DNA from: a virus
Taxonomy: Duplodnaviria > Heunggongvirae > Uroviricota > Caudoviricetes
Length of the DNA stretch: 64,000 nt
Direction: 5' to 3' (one strand)
Virus record (IMG/VR): IMGVR_UViG_2029527006_000005
Shown: positions 27,691 to 37,056 of the stretch, piece after piece
How the letters are laid out: each line of letters starts with the position of its first letter
How positions within the stretch are numbered: the stretch's first letter is position 1
Made by a program: the position numbers and the translations under genes
The notes under the pieces: generated by a model
Database searches by the model: none
What the model was told of the DNA's origin: nothing
The model's input: only the letters and a program-made list of their open reading frames with translations

Positions 27691-28742
27691 TATTCAAACC
27701 TCTTGTACTGTGTAGTAACAAAATCCTTACGAGTTTCTTGACGTTGCATTCCTAATAAATCTACTAGTAAATCGTCAATTTCTGGACCCCAAGCAACACC
27801 AAGCACTGCATTACCTTCATATGTATTAATATCAGTAACTGTATTTGGGATAGCAATTTGGAGTGGATCAAATGTTGACCATTGGATTTGTGCACGTTGT
27901 TCTTGTACTTGAGCTTCTAGTTGACGTACACGAGCAGCTTCCTCAACTCGACGTTGACGCTCTTTAACTAGTTCTGATTCTAGACGATCAATCTGCTTCT
28001 GCTGTGCCTGTAGAGTACATCTCATGTTCTCCAATTGGGCACTGATGTTATCTACCTTGTTTTGAAGTGATTCAATCTGTTCAATCATGCCGATTAGCAT
28101 AGGTAGAATGATTTTAATTGAAGTGAATGCTTGGTTGATAGCAGAAGGAATGAAGAACTCATACGATAGATCTTTAGCGTGGCGTTCAATATCATAGTAC
28201 TGAATAGGACAAACCAACCATGTGTTTAGGTTGTTTTTCTTAGCTTCACTAACGAAATTGTTATAAGCGTAGTGTACATATTTCTCATAATTACCAATTA
28301 GAATTTTATCTTTCCTGACTAATTCCATTTTCACATACTGTGTTGGAATAACTAGTAGACCTAGTTTTTCAGCTACTTCTAGAATTCCGGGAACACTTGT
28401 TCGACAGGATTTAAGTACTTTATCTTTCTTTCCGTACTTTGAAAATTCAGGTCCACCATAAGAACTATATCCAATTGAAGAAATAACATCAACTGGTTTG
28501 AAGTCCAAATAGTTCACTTCTTTATCTTTGGCAGATAGTCGTTCGTTGAACTTTTCAGTCATTTCACTGATAACGTTGTTTAAATCTGATCGTTTTGTAC
28601 TACCCAATTCCTTTGCAGCATTAACTAGGGCAGAACTAACATCGATGAACTGTTGAACCTCACCCGCTACTTCTTCAGCGTATTTTACGCCTTTCTTAGA
28701 ATTGCCGTACTTTACTTCTTTTAATAGATCTGCTAGAAGCAT
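27690..28742 (-). CDS. coiled-coil hypothetical protein
   Basis: Start reassigned to ATG 28742 (AGGAG); long heptad region. Confidence 0.65.
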   Translation of the reverse strand: MLLADLLKEVKYGNSKKGVKYAEEVAGEVQQFIDVSSALVNAAKELGSTKRSDLNNVISEMTEKFNERLSAKDKEVNYLDFKPVDVISSIGYSSYGGPEFSKYGKKDKVLKSCRTSVPGILEVAEKLGLLVIPTQYVKMELVRKDKILIGNYEKYVHYAYNNFVSEAKKNNLNTWLVCPIQYYDIERHAKDLSYEFFIPSAINQAFTSIKIILPMLIGMIEQIESLQNKVDNISAQLENMRCTLQAQQKQIDRLESELVKERQRRVEEAARVRQLEAQVQEQRAQIQWSTFDPLQIAIPNTVTDINTYEGNAVLGVAWGPEIDDLLVDLLGMQRQETRKDFVTTQYKRFE

Positions 28743-28752
28743 AAATGCTCTC

Positions 28753-29121
28753 CTATGTATGAATAATTTCTTTAATACCAAACTTCTTAATAGCAATACT
28801 GCAAATCTCACATGGTGCAGCAGTAATAGGATTACCATTATTGTCAACACGTGCGATCAGTAATGTGTGTACTTCTTTTCCTTTAGCAGCAACTAAAGCA
28901 GCAATCTCTGCGTGAACAAAGATTGCTTCAGGACGACCAGCCATTACAGCAAAGTGCTTCTGTACTGGATGTGACAGAGTGTAGGAATTGGTCTTGGTGC
29001 TGATTACACGACCTTTTTTGTCCAGTGCACGAGCAATAACGCGAAAGCGTCTACGTTCACTGGACTGTTCCAGAGGGGGCATATTGTTCAGTACTTTAAC
29101 TAATTTCTGTATCTCTGTCAT
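28753..29121 (-). CDS. zinc-dependent cytidine/deoxycytidylate deaminase-like protein
   Basis: HAE and PCEIC motifs. Confidence 0.8.
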   Translation of the reverse strand: MTEIQKLVKVLNNMPPLEQSSERRRFRVIARALDKKGRVISTKTNSYTLSHPVQKHFAVMAGRPEAIFVHAEIAALVAAKGKEVHTLLIARVDNNGNPITAAPCEICSIAIKKFGIKEIIHT

Positions 29122-29747
29122 TTCCTCACCAAGTCGATTCCGTATTTTAATGAAAGTTCAGCTTCGTACACTTTGAATGTCTCTTTCTCTAAGTGCTCGT
29201 CAATTTCTTCGTATTCATCAATACTACACGTTTTCCGGTGCTCTGTCAAGGCTTGGATTGTTTTTTTCATGCACTCAATATCATCAGTGTATATTTCAAT
29301 CTGTTCTTTATCTAGTACATCATTCTTCCAATCTTCAGTGAGTCTCCATGAAGTATGAAGTTTTCTCGATTTGGCAGTAATCACTGATTTAGAAATGTTG
29401 ATACTATACACTTCTTTGAATTTAGCACTAGCTTCTTCTTCTGTATAATCCCCATACTTTTTCAATACTAAATTATACATATTATCAATTGCTTCTTCAT
29501 ATGTCCAACCGCCACAATCCAATTCATAATCATGACCTGACTCATACTTCTCTTCACCTTCATGTTTGAAGGGAACCATTACTTCAATCCACAACTGTAA
29601 CTTGGTGTTTAGTGGTTTATAATCCTCAATTCGTCCAGTACTTGGACATACCATATGTGGCTCTATTTCAATATGAACCATAGCACCATCTTTATTGATA
29701 AATGCAGGATGTTCAGTAACCCACCAATATTTGTCACATGTATTCAT
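29118..29747 (-). CDS. hypothetical protein
   Basis: ATG 29747 after GGAGAA. Confidence 0.6.
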   Translation of the reverse strand: MNTCDKYWWVTEHPAFINKDGAMVHIEIEPHMVCPSTGRIEDYKPLNTKLQLWIEVMVPFKHEGEEKYESGHDYELDCGGWTYEEAIDNMYNLVLKKYGDYTEEEASAKFKEVYSINISKSVITAKSRKLHTSWRLTEDWKNDVLDKEQIEIYTDDIECMKKTIQALTEHRKTCSIDEYEEIDEHLEKETFKVYEAELSLKYGIDLVRK

Positions 29748-29769
29748 AAATTCTCCATTCAATTAAAGC

Positions 29770-29880
29770 GAAAGTACTATCGCCCTCTGTTTTGGTATCT
29801 TTGAGTAGGGATACAGAGTATTCGCTGTGCGGTACGGACTTATACTGGATTTTGCCAGAGGCACGGCTTATAGTACTTTC
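29770..29880. other. structured intergenic element closed by an 11-bp inverted repeat
   Basis: GAAAGTACTAT (29770) ... ATAGTACTTTC (29880); internal stems; GC-richer than flanks. Confidence 0.55.
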
Positions 29881-29887
29881 TTATTTG

Positions 29888-30229
29888 TTATCCGCGACTC
29901 AAGTCACCGATTAGGAATGAACCATCTTTCATTTCAAGTACTTGTACTTCTACTTCACCATCAAATTCAGTTTCGTCATCAAAGTAGTACTCAGTGATGC
30001 TGCGAATGTCTTTAATTTGAACATCATAACATTCACCATCTAGATCATAACCGAAGTCCGGTACATCAGCGTCAGCACGACTATCTTCATCGATTTCAAT
30101 CCAAACATAGTCTTCAGTAACGTTAGCAAAGTCTGCTTCCATGATACGGTCTTCATCAAAGAGAGCTTTCATATCATCAACGCCTTGACGTGCCATGTAC
30201 TCAATCAAAAAGTCTTTAGCTTGGGACAT
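29888..30229 (-). CDS. highly acidic hypothetical protein
   Basis: D/E-rich 113-aa ORF. Confidence 0.65.
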   Translation of the reverse strand: MSQAKDFLIEYMARQGVDDMKALFDEDRIMEADFANVTEDYVWIEIDEDSRADADVPDFGYDLDGECYDVQIKDIRSITEYYFDDETEFDGEVEVQVLEMKDGSFLIGDLSRG

Positions 30230-30231
30230 AA

Positions 30232-30420
30232 TTATTCCTTATTACAAATGTACTCAAATGATGGTAGTCCATTCACGAACACAATGTTCGAATCGGCTAC
30301 TGCACAGTTATCTGGAGCATTCGCACCAAATGGATGATATTCGGTATGACCGGGATCGTGTTGGAAATTAGTAACACAACCACTTAGAAGTACTGCTAGA
30401 CTTAGAATAATAATTTTCAT
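30232..30420 (-). CDS. small lipoprotein
   Basis: MKIIILSLAVLLSGC lipobox. Confidence 0.7.
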   Translation of the reverse strand: MKIIILSLAVLLSGCVTNFQHDPGHTEYHPFGANAPDNCAVADSNIVFVNGLPSFEYICNKE

Positions 30421-30917
30421 TAGATAGTCCTCTTGCGAATTGGTTTAGATGAATCTGGTCTGAATTTATTGGTAGAACTGAAGTAACCCTTACCTTCAGG
30501 ACATGATTTATCGGCTGCTTTGTGCAAGCTGGGACTTTTCCCGCAGTGCAAACATTCAAAACCAACAATAGGAAGTGCATCTTCTACATAGTGTGGATCT
30601 TCGAGAATCATGACTGATACATAGTCATCAAATGCTTTTAGATCAACGAATCCATCAGTAATAAAATGCACGTTGTCATATTCAAGACCGTTTAGTAGAG
30701 ACTCGACTAAACCACCACCATCACCAACATTGAAATCCCAACCAGTATTGAACTCTTCAAGAGTACAGAAGTGTAGTTTAGTAGTAACTTTAACTACTTG
30801 TACTTCAGAATTAGCAGAAAGTGCATGTACTGTTTCATTAACAATTTTCTTTGTATGTTCCCAACGGTCCATATCAGTGAAAGAACCGGACGCATCTACT
30901 GCTACTAAAATTTTCAT
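30420..30917 (-). CDS. vWA-domain protein with C-terminal Cys/His motif
   Basis: VAVDASGS MIDAS, FITDG; CLHCG; start at MKILVAV. Confidence 0.7.
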   Translation of the reverse strand: MKILVAVDASGSFTDMDRWEHTKKIVNETVHALSANSEVQVVKVTTKLHFCTLEEFNTGWDFNVGDGGGLVESLLNGLEYDNVHFITDGFVDLKAFDDYVSVMILEDPHYVEDALPIVGFECLHCGKSPSLHKAADKSCPEGKGYFSSTNKFRPDSSKPIRKRTI

Positions 30918-30945
30918 AATTAACTCCAGTTGATTTGATAGGGGA

Positions 30946-30974
30946 ATTATATCAAGACACAAATCCCCTGTCAA
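30946..30974 (-). promoter_or_regulatory. sigma70 promoter with extended -10
   Basis: TTGACA-17-TATAAT with TGa immediately before the -10. Confidence 0.8.
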
Positions 30975-30977
30975 CCA

Positions 30978-31823
30978 TTATTTTAGGGTGTCACGCCATT
31001 TATTCAACTTCACTAGCATATACGAAAGAAATTCCCGTTCAATTTCTTCTGGAGTCATCCCCGGACATTGTAACGCAAACATATCCATTGCACAGATTGC
31101 TAAATCAACCGCTTCACCTTTAACACCATCAGTACCTGCTTCTTTGTAAGATAGACCATCAGCGATGTTCATCTCAAGAGTCATTTCACCTAGTTCTTCG
31201 TTAGCTTTGCGAAGTACATAGTTTTCAGAACGGTAAGCATCGGAATTCTTTGGACCAAGACCAACACTCATATTGAACATAGATGTTAGTACTGGTTCAT
31301 CTAAATCAATTTGTTTGATGCGGTATTTTTTATCCATACTTCTCCATTCGTCGTGTGGGACAATGTTGTATGGGCTTAGTTCTGGATCAAAAACAGTCTC
31401 TTCTACTTTTGGTTTTAGTAGTGTATCAAGGCCATCTTTCATTGCTTTCTTCTGATTTTTAGTACAGAATTGTTCGAAATAAATTGATGCCCGACCACTG
31501 ATTTCAAGTAACTGATAGAACTCTTGAATACGGCGTGTATGTTTATCTTCGCCTTGGTGATGCTTATGAGCATACGCTAAACGGTAGATAGCTAGAAGTA
31601 CTTCACCATCAGGAGTAATCTTGTACTCATGGATAGCTTGGTCGTATAAGTCTTGTTGACCACATGAATTATATTCACCCCACAAACCGCTCGTTACCCA
31701 ATTAATCATTTTGTTTTTAATTAGATAATCTAAATTTTCAGACCACTTACCTTGATATTCACATGAGCGGATAGTAAAACCACCATTGTGTTTAGCGTGA
31801 TATAGAATCTTCTCTTTATCCAT
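30978..31823 (-). CDS. protein with C-terminal MazG-like NTP pyrophosphohydrolase domain
   Basis: KANEELGE...GEAVDLAICAMD...KLNKW. Confidence 0.55.
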   Translation of the reverse strand: MDKEKILYHAKHNGGFTIRSCEYQGKWSENLDYLIKNKMINWVTSGLWGEYNSCGQQDLYDQAIHEYKITPDGEVLLAIYRLAYAHKHHQGEDKHTRRIQEFYQLLEISGRASIYFEQFCTKNQKKAMKDGLDTLLKPKVEETVFDPELSPYNIVPHDEWRSMDKKYRIKQIDLDEPVLTSMFNMSVGLGPKNSDAYRSENYVLRKANEELGEMTLEMNIADGLSYKEAGTDGVKGEAVDLAICAMDMFALQCPGMTPEEIEREFLSYMLVKLNKWRDTLK

Positions 31824-31883
31824 GATACTTCTCCGTTAGTACTTCACGATATACTTGTTTTCTTTGCATAATCACCTCAAAAG

Positions 31884-31906
31884 AAAAGGGAGCATTAGCT
31901 CCCTTT
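31884..31906 (-). terminator. intrinsic terminator
   Basis: GGGAGC-loop-GCTCCC followed by T-run. Confidence 0.7.
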
Positions 31907-32464
31907 GTATTGTTTTTTACGTTTAGTGCAGTTCTTCCAAGAACAGCTTCTTCTTACACAGATATCGTCCCAATGGGTACGAAGTTGTTTGTGCTTACGA
32001 GCACCGCGAAATTCTGGTTCACCTTCTTCCTTTACAACACCTGCTGCCATGCGACGAGCTTGTTGGTTGTGTGGGCGTTTGTCACGACGAGTAGTGTGAC
32101 GGTTACCAGCAGTGGTCATTGGACGTGTCCAGTAAATGCGACCACGGCCCCAGCAATAGTACTTACTATAAGACACGTACTTTTTGTTGTACTCTGCTAG
32201 AAGTAAATCAGGGGAAACCATTAAACCACTTTGTGTGTACAAATAGAAGCCTACGTGATTACATTCAATCGGACGAGAATACCACCAGCTTCTATAATGC
32301 TGGTAGAACGCATCACTTGATTTAGTGTATGGTCCAACATTGAATTTCATGAAGCTATGGAAGCGTTGAATATCTCCACTCTGCCTAATGTGCGTGTACA
32401 AATCATCTACAATTTCAGTTTTACCTGAGTCGTGGTAGATCACGAATGTTTGGTCAAAGAACAT
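31895..32464 (-). CDS. basic conserved phage protein
   Basis: Strong RBS; Arg/Lys-rich C-terminus with HWDD..SWK..KQYK. Confidence 0.65.
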   Translation of the reverse strand: MFFDQTFVIYHDSGKTEIVDDLYTHIRQSGDIQRFHSFMKFNVGPYTKSSDAFYQHYRSWWYSRPIECNHVGFYLYTQSGLMVSPDLLLAEYNKKYVSYSKYYCWGRGRIYWTRPMTTAGNRHTTRRDKRPHNQQARRMAAGVVKEEGEPEFRGARKHKQLRTHWDDICVRRSCSWKNCTKRKKQYKGS

Positions 32465-32538
32465 ATATTCTCTCCTATTAAGTTAAAGTACCTTAATGGA
32501 AAGACATGCGACCCTTGTGTTGTTTTTTCATATATCTC

Positions 32539-32673
32539 CTACATGATTGCGTACAAACCGACGCATAGTGCTACTAAAATTAGTACTGTAATAACGATAG
32601 CTGTACCTTTTCCCGGTTTGCCTAAAAACAATACCGCGAGTAATTCTAAAATCCCACCAATCAAATCATCCAC
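32539..32673 (-). CDS. small membrane protein (44 aa, not in ORF track)
   Basis: GTG start, MDDLIGGILELLAVLFLGKPGKGTAIVITVLILVALCVGLYAIM*. Confidence 0.55.
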   Translation of the reverse strand: MDDLIGGILELLAVLFLGKPGKGTAIVITVLILVALCVGLYAIM

Positions 32674-33393
32674 TTAGTCCACCTTTTTCGGGAAACGAAT
32701 ACGAAAATCTGTCATGAGTTTATTATATCTGGGTTTAATCACTGCGTCAAGCGTTTTCCAACGTTCTTCGAGTGTACCAGTACTGTTATTATATGTGTCA
32801 AAAATGATATCATGAATATCTTTCAAATACCATATATGATTGTATTTAATTGTTGTTAGTGATTCAATTTCACAATTGTCTGAATGATTGTAGTAGTGCA
32901 TGGCCTGTACTGGAAACTTGAATGCATGATACAAGTTTTTAAGGCCCAAATACTTATCATAATCATCTTCTACTATTAGCTTCTTCTTGCCTTTATTATA
33001 AGCCTTAGAAGAAATCGAACTAATATTACTACGTACTTCCCAATCTTTTTTATTATCCAATTCATCGTAGATCATAGAATGATGACCAAAATCTGAGGAA
33101 TAGAAATTGAAGTACTTTGGTTCTAGTGCATCTAATTCTCTTACGATTTCAGATGAATACATTGGTGTTATTTCCAATGGAATATTCAATTCTGGAATTT
33201 TTACGTGAATGGTTTCAGATAGATTGTAGAAGTTAAGTAGTGCAATGTCAACATCTTTAGGTTCAACGAAGAAACCTTCTTTAGCTTCAATGAATGAACC
33301 ATAGATAACAAATACTGCATTATCACCGAATTCATTATTGATATAAGACGTTATATCTTCAATTGCTTTTTTAAAATCCATAGTACTCTCCAA
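32674..33393 (-). CDS. Pol-beta-type nucleotidyltransferase
   Basis: IYGS...KDVDIA motif; KNLYHAFK helical C-terminal region; start likely MDFKKA. Confidence 0.6.
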   Translation of the reverse strand: MESTMDFKKAIEDITSYINNEFGDNAVFVIYGSFIEAKEGFFVEPKDVDIALLNFYNLSETIHVKIPELNIPLEITPMYSSEIVRELDALEPKYFNFYSSDFGHHSMIYDELDNKKDWEVRSNISSISSKAYNKGKKKLIVEDDYDKYLGLKNLYHAFKFPVQAMHYYNHSDNCEIESLTTIKYNHIWYLKDIHDIIFDTYNNSTGTLEERWKTLDAVIKPRYNKLMTDFRIRFPKKVD

Positions 33394-33421
33394 AAAGAAA
33401 AGGCCACTAAATTAGTGGCCT
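33392..33421 (-). terminator. intrinsic terminator
   Basis: AGGCCACTAA-loop-TTAGTGGCCT followed by T-run. Confidence 0.7.
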
Positions 33422-33495
33422 AAAAACAACATGGAGTCAAAATGTTATTATTGTTATAACATTATTTATCAATGTTGTTTTGAAACAGGCACTAA

Positions 33496-33744
33496 TTAAG
33501 TGCGAGTCCATTGCTGGGTTTTAACCTCTAGCACTTTCTTCTTGCCCTGTTTAACCACTTCATAGGTGGTGATTAGAGGGGAACCTTTGGTGCTACCTTG
33601 TAGACCTTTGTCAAAGGTAATGGTACGGAACTGCTGACGGGTTAGCACACCCTGCTGGCGTAGCTTCTTGAAGCTCTCTAGAGCGGAGTTTTTGTCCATC
33701 TGTGCACGACGGGTGTTCTGAGCTTCTTTCTTATTCTTTTCCAT
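33496..33744 (-). CDS. small highly basic protein, monocistronic
   Basis: 82 aa K/R/Q-rich; own promoter and GAGG RBS. Confidence 0.7.
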   Translation of the reverse strand: MEKNKKEAQNTRRAQMDKNSALESFKKLRQQGVLTRQQFRTITFDKGLQGSTKGSPLITTYEVVKQGKKKVLEVKTQQWTRT

Positions 33745-33777
33745 TATAATTTCCTCTTTTGTTTTGATAACATCTAT

Positions 33778-33806
33778 ATTATATCACATTGTTGAGCGTT
33801 TGTCCC
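33778..33806 (-). promoter_or_regulatory. promoter GGGACA-N12-TGTGA-TATAAT
   Basis: Motif repeated four times. Confidence 0.8.
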
Positions 33807-33814
33807 AACTTTTT

Positions 33815-34078
33815 TTACATGAAAATTTTCACAACAACTGCTATGAAACCAACTACTAATACTATACCAAGAAGTACAGATAGGTACTCCATGAATGGAT
33901 CATACATTGAACTAGTAATTGCATCTAAATGCATAGAATCACGACTCCAATACCCACGGTCCCATTCTAGTTTGTCTTCCCCATCTTCATATGGATTGTC
34001 ATCGGGGTATGAATTATCCCAAGCATTCCAACCTTCATCGTATGGTGTCATTATATCACCTAATTTTGTTTCCGTCAA
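33815..34078 (-). CDS. small protein with C-terminal TM helix
   Basis: YDEGW..NPY..EWDRGY then hydrophobic tail. Confidence 0.6.
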   Translation of the reverse strand: MTETKLGDIMTPYDEGWNAWDNSYPDDNPYEDGEDKLEWDRGYWSRDSMHLDAITSSMYDPFMEYLSVLLGIVLVVGFIAVVVKIFM

Positions 34079-34286
34079 TGTCGTAAACAGAATCTTTCAC
34101 TTCATGTTCTAGTACTCGACAATTCCAATCCTCAACTGCTGATTGAGGTTCGTATGAACCTTCCATTTCTAAGGAGCAATGCAAGCATTGCACACAGTCA
34201 AGCATTCGAGTACTGAAGTCGCCTTTTCGCCAGTATGCAGCTTCACCACAGCACGGACAACCATAAACTTTCACTTCATTGGACAT
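34056..34286 (-). CDS. Lar-like (restriction alleviation) zinc-ribbon protein
   Basis: CPCCG...VQCLHC...AVEDWNCR. Confidence 0.6.
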   Translation of the reverse strand: MSNEVKVYGCPCCGEAAYWRKGDFSTRMLDCVQCLHCSLEMEGSYEPQSAVEDWNCRVLEHEVKDSVYDIDGNKIR

Positions 34287-34332
34287 ATTATATCACTCTA
34301 ATTGAAAGGGGGCAATAGCTGCCCCCAAATTA

Positions 34333-35796
34333 TTATAGATTTTCTTCTGCAAATTCTGCTAGTGCAGAACGTACAACACCTTCTAGTTCAACGATACGGC
34401 AACCTTCCCAATCTTTGAACTTCTCAACTACATACGTTAGGCCACTGTTTACAGGGCTGATGAAGCGGGAGTCAATCTGGCTTAGGTTACCCATGATGAT
34501 TACTTTACAGTTTTCACCAGCACGTGTCAAGATGGTTTTTGCTTGTGCAGGGGTAATGTTTTGGAATTCATCAACGATTAGGATCGTGTTAATGAAGCTA
34601 CGACCACGAATAAAGTTCAATGCTTTGAACTGCATTACGTTGCGTTTAATGATTTCCTCAATGCTTCCTTGTGGGTTAGCATCATCTTTGTGGAGGAATT
34701 CTAGGGCATCAATAGCCGCTCCACAGAATGGAATAACTTTTTCCATTTCAGTACCGGGTAAGAATCCGATATCTTCAAATTGTGAATCTTGTGTTTTGGA
34801 GAAGATAATACGTTGATACGCATTCTTCTGTTCTAGCACTAGGTCTAACGCCGTTGCTAGGGTAATTAGGGTCTTACCAGTACCAGCAGAACCTAGAAGT
34901 ACTGTAATGTGTACATCAGGATCTAGAATACTGTTAATAGCCATCGCTTGTTGAACGTTTTTAGCTTTGATATCCCATACTTTAGCACGTAGAGATTTCT
35001 GCTGTCCAATGTCCAAGAATACCATGTATTCGGTATCGTCTTGTACTGAAGGATCAACATCCTCACGACGACCCCAACCTTCGAACACAAAGAGTACATC
35101 AGCATTATCTGCAATGTAATCACCGATGTATAGGTTAGTTGGTAGAAGAGGTTTAATTGCATCTTCTGGAATGTATTGGAATAGTTTACGTTGAGCTTGT
35201 GCACAATATACTTGTGTTTCAGACTCAGCTAGGGTAGCCCACAAATCAATATCAATGATATGATTTCCGGTGTGGATTAGATCACTGTCTTCGATTGTTA
35301 CGTCATGACGATAGTCTTGTACTTCTACGCCATAGGCTAGTGCCTTAATACGCATATTAATATCACGAGTTACAAGTACTGATTCAGTAGCTAGAGCAAC
35401 TAGGATAATCTTATCATCAGGTACAGTACTATTAATTAGTGTTTGTACTTTGTTAAAGTCTTTATCAGCAGCATCAACTTTAGTGCGTAGCAATGCTTCT
35501 GCTTCTTCAACGGTAGCAACGAATAGACGACTGTTCTTATCCATGTGTTTATGGATCTTAGAAACGTCCACTCCAGTACTAGAGATTTCTTCATGGGTCG
35601 CTGATTCAAGAATATCAGAAATGTTGCGAATTGCGACACGAGCATCACGACTTACGTCAACATTGCGGCTTTTGATGGAATCTAACTCTTCAAGTACTGT
35701 GAACGGTAAAATTACTGTTGAGCCAGCAAATGCTAGGATAGCAGATGGGTCACCAAGAATTACGTTTGTGTCTAGAGCATATTTTTTCATAAACAT
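34333..35796 (-). CDS. phoH: PIN-PhoH (PhoH2-like) protein
   Basis: PIN: ALDTNV, VLEELD, DDKI, VTRDINMR; PhoH: GSAGTGKT, IGFLPG, RGRS, DEFQN, TRAGE, GNLSQID, VRS. Confidence 0.9.
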   Translation of the reverse strand: MFMKKYALDTNVILGDPSAILAFAGSTVILPFTVLEELDSIKSRNVDVSRDARVAIRNISDILESATHEEISSTGVDVSKIHKHMDKNSRLFVATVEEAEALLRTKVDAADKDFNKVQTLINSTVPDDKIILVALATESVLVTRDINMRIKALAYGVEVQDYRHDVTIEDSDLIHTGNHIIDIDLWATLAESETQVYCAQAQRKLFQYIPEDAIKPLLPTNLYIGDYIADNADVLFVFEGWGRREDVDPSVQDDTEYMVFLDIGQQKSLRAKVWDIKAKNVQQAMAINSILDPDVHITVLLGSAGTGKTLITLATALDLVLEQKNAYQRIIFSKTQDSQFEDIGFLPGTEMEKVIPFCGAAIDALEFLHKDDANPQGSIEEIIKRNVMQFKALNFIRGRSFINTILIVDEFQNITPAQAKTILTRAGENCKVIIMGNLSQIDSRFISPVNSGLTYVVEKFKDWEGCRIVELEGVVRSALAEFAEENL

Positions 35797-35854
35797 CCTT
35801 ATCTATATATCGAGACATTCCTTGTCTCTCAATCGTATTTAGGTACGATAATTT

Positions 35855-36157
35855 TTAGTTTTTTGAAGGTGAATAGTCAACATAACACTGTAGACCCTTC
35901 ACCTTTTCAGTCCAACATTCCTGATAGACTAGTTGCCCGATGATCATTGGAGTGTTAGACAATCCAAATTTCACCTCGTTTGTACTGGTCTTGTACTCAA
36001 AAGAACATTTGCTGTCCCGGCACTGACCAATATTAGTTACAGTAGCAGTATTGTAGTAAACATCCTGCTTACGTGTATTTTCAATTTGTTGATTGCAGGA
36101 AGAGACTAGAAAGGCAATTCCCAATGTGACTACGCTTGCAACGATAACTTTATACAT
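35855..36157 (-). CDS. putative lipoprotein
   Basis: Hydrophobic signal ending VSSC. Confidence 0.6.
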   Translation of the reverse strand: MYKVIVASVVTLGIAFLVSSCNQQIENTRKQDVYYNTATVTNIGQCRDSKCSFEYKTSTNEVKFGLSNTPMIIGQLVYQECWTEKVKGLQCYVDYSPSKN

Positions 36158-36482
36158 TTTGGCTCCTGATGAATTTTAAACCATTTTTAAGATAGCACTC
36201 AATATTTGCTTTCCCTACAGGGTTTGCACTGTGCACTACATAATCAAAAACACATTGTAACTCATTATCGATCATAAAGTCAATAATAAATTTAGCAAAA
36301 CTGTAACCAGTTTTCTCGTCCTCGGCTTCGTCACCCAAGTCATGATCGAATGAAATGAATACGGGAACACCGTGATTTTTGACATATTCAACGGCTTCAT
36401 CGTAAGTACGCACAGTAATAAATCCTTTATTTGGATAGTACTTTTCTGCGTCCCTCAAATCATCAAGAAACATACTGTACAT
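36150..36482 (-). CDS. cyclic-phosphate-processing receiver-domain protein
   Basis: FLDDLR, ISFDHDLG, TGY, VHSANPVG. Confidence 0.85.
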   Translation of the reverse strand: MYSMFLDDLRDAEKYYPNKGFITVRTYDEAVEYVKNHGVPVFISFDHDLGDEAEDEKTGYSFAKFIIDFMIDNELQCVFDYVVHSANPVGKANIECYLKNGLKFIRSQNV

Positions 36483-36486
36483 TTTG

Positions 36487-37047
36487 TTACCCTTTGTTTA
36501 CGTATGATACTAGTAAGTTTTTAGTACTTACCAGATGTTGAAGTTCCACTTTAGCAGAACCAATGAATTCTTGGTCTAGGAGTACATTATATCCGCACTC
36601 GACCTTGTTTGGCTTTTGATACCTACAGATATGCATAAGGTTTACACCAGCATTCTCTGCACTAAAATGCTCACCTAAATGTGCATTGTTTCGAATTTGT
36701 ACAAGTTCTTCATATGATACTTCTAATGAAAAACTATGGTTGTGTGATCCAGAGCCATTTTTTAAAGTAAGTAATGGCTCTAAGCGTTCAATAGGAAGAT
36801 CGTAGTTAATCTCTTCGAATGCTTCCCGTTTTACTGCTTCTTCCAATGATATATCATCATCTTCAACGCCTCCACCAACGGCTCCCATAAGACCATCCCA
36901 ACGTAATTCTGAAAGTACTAGAGATACGTTAGGAATGTCGTTATACGGGTAGTTCGCATACGGTGTACAGTTTTTGGCGTATATCCAAACGAAGACGCAA
37001 TCAAATCTGTTAGATCTCTCCCCGAATGGTAGCTCTTTATATATCAT
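36487..37047 (-). CDS. Nudix hydrolase (T4 NudE-like)
   Basis: LRWDGLMGAVGGGVE...EAVKREAFEEIN, HFSAE. Confidence 0.8.
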   Translation of the reverse strand: MIYKELPFGERSNRFDCVFVWIYAKNCTPYANYPYNDIPNVSLVLSELRWDGLMGAVGGGVEDDDISLEEAVKREAFEEINYDLPIERLEPLLTLKNGSGSHNHSFSLEVSYEELVQIRNNAHLGEHFSAENAGVNLMHICRYQKPNKVECGYNVLLDQEFIGSAKVELQHLVSTKNLLVSYVNKG

Positions 37048-37056
37048 TATACCCTC

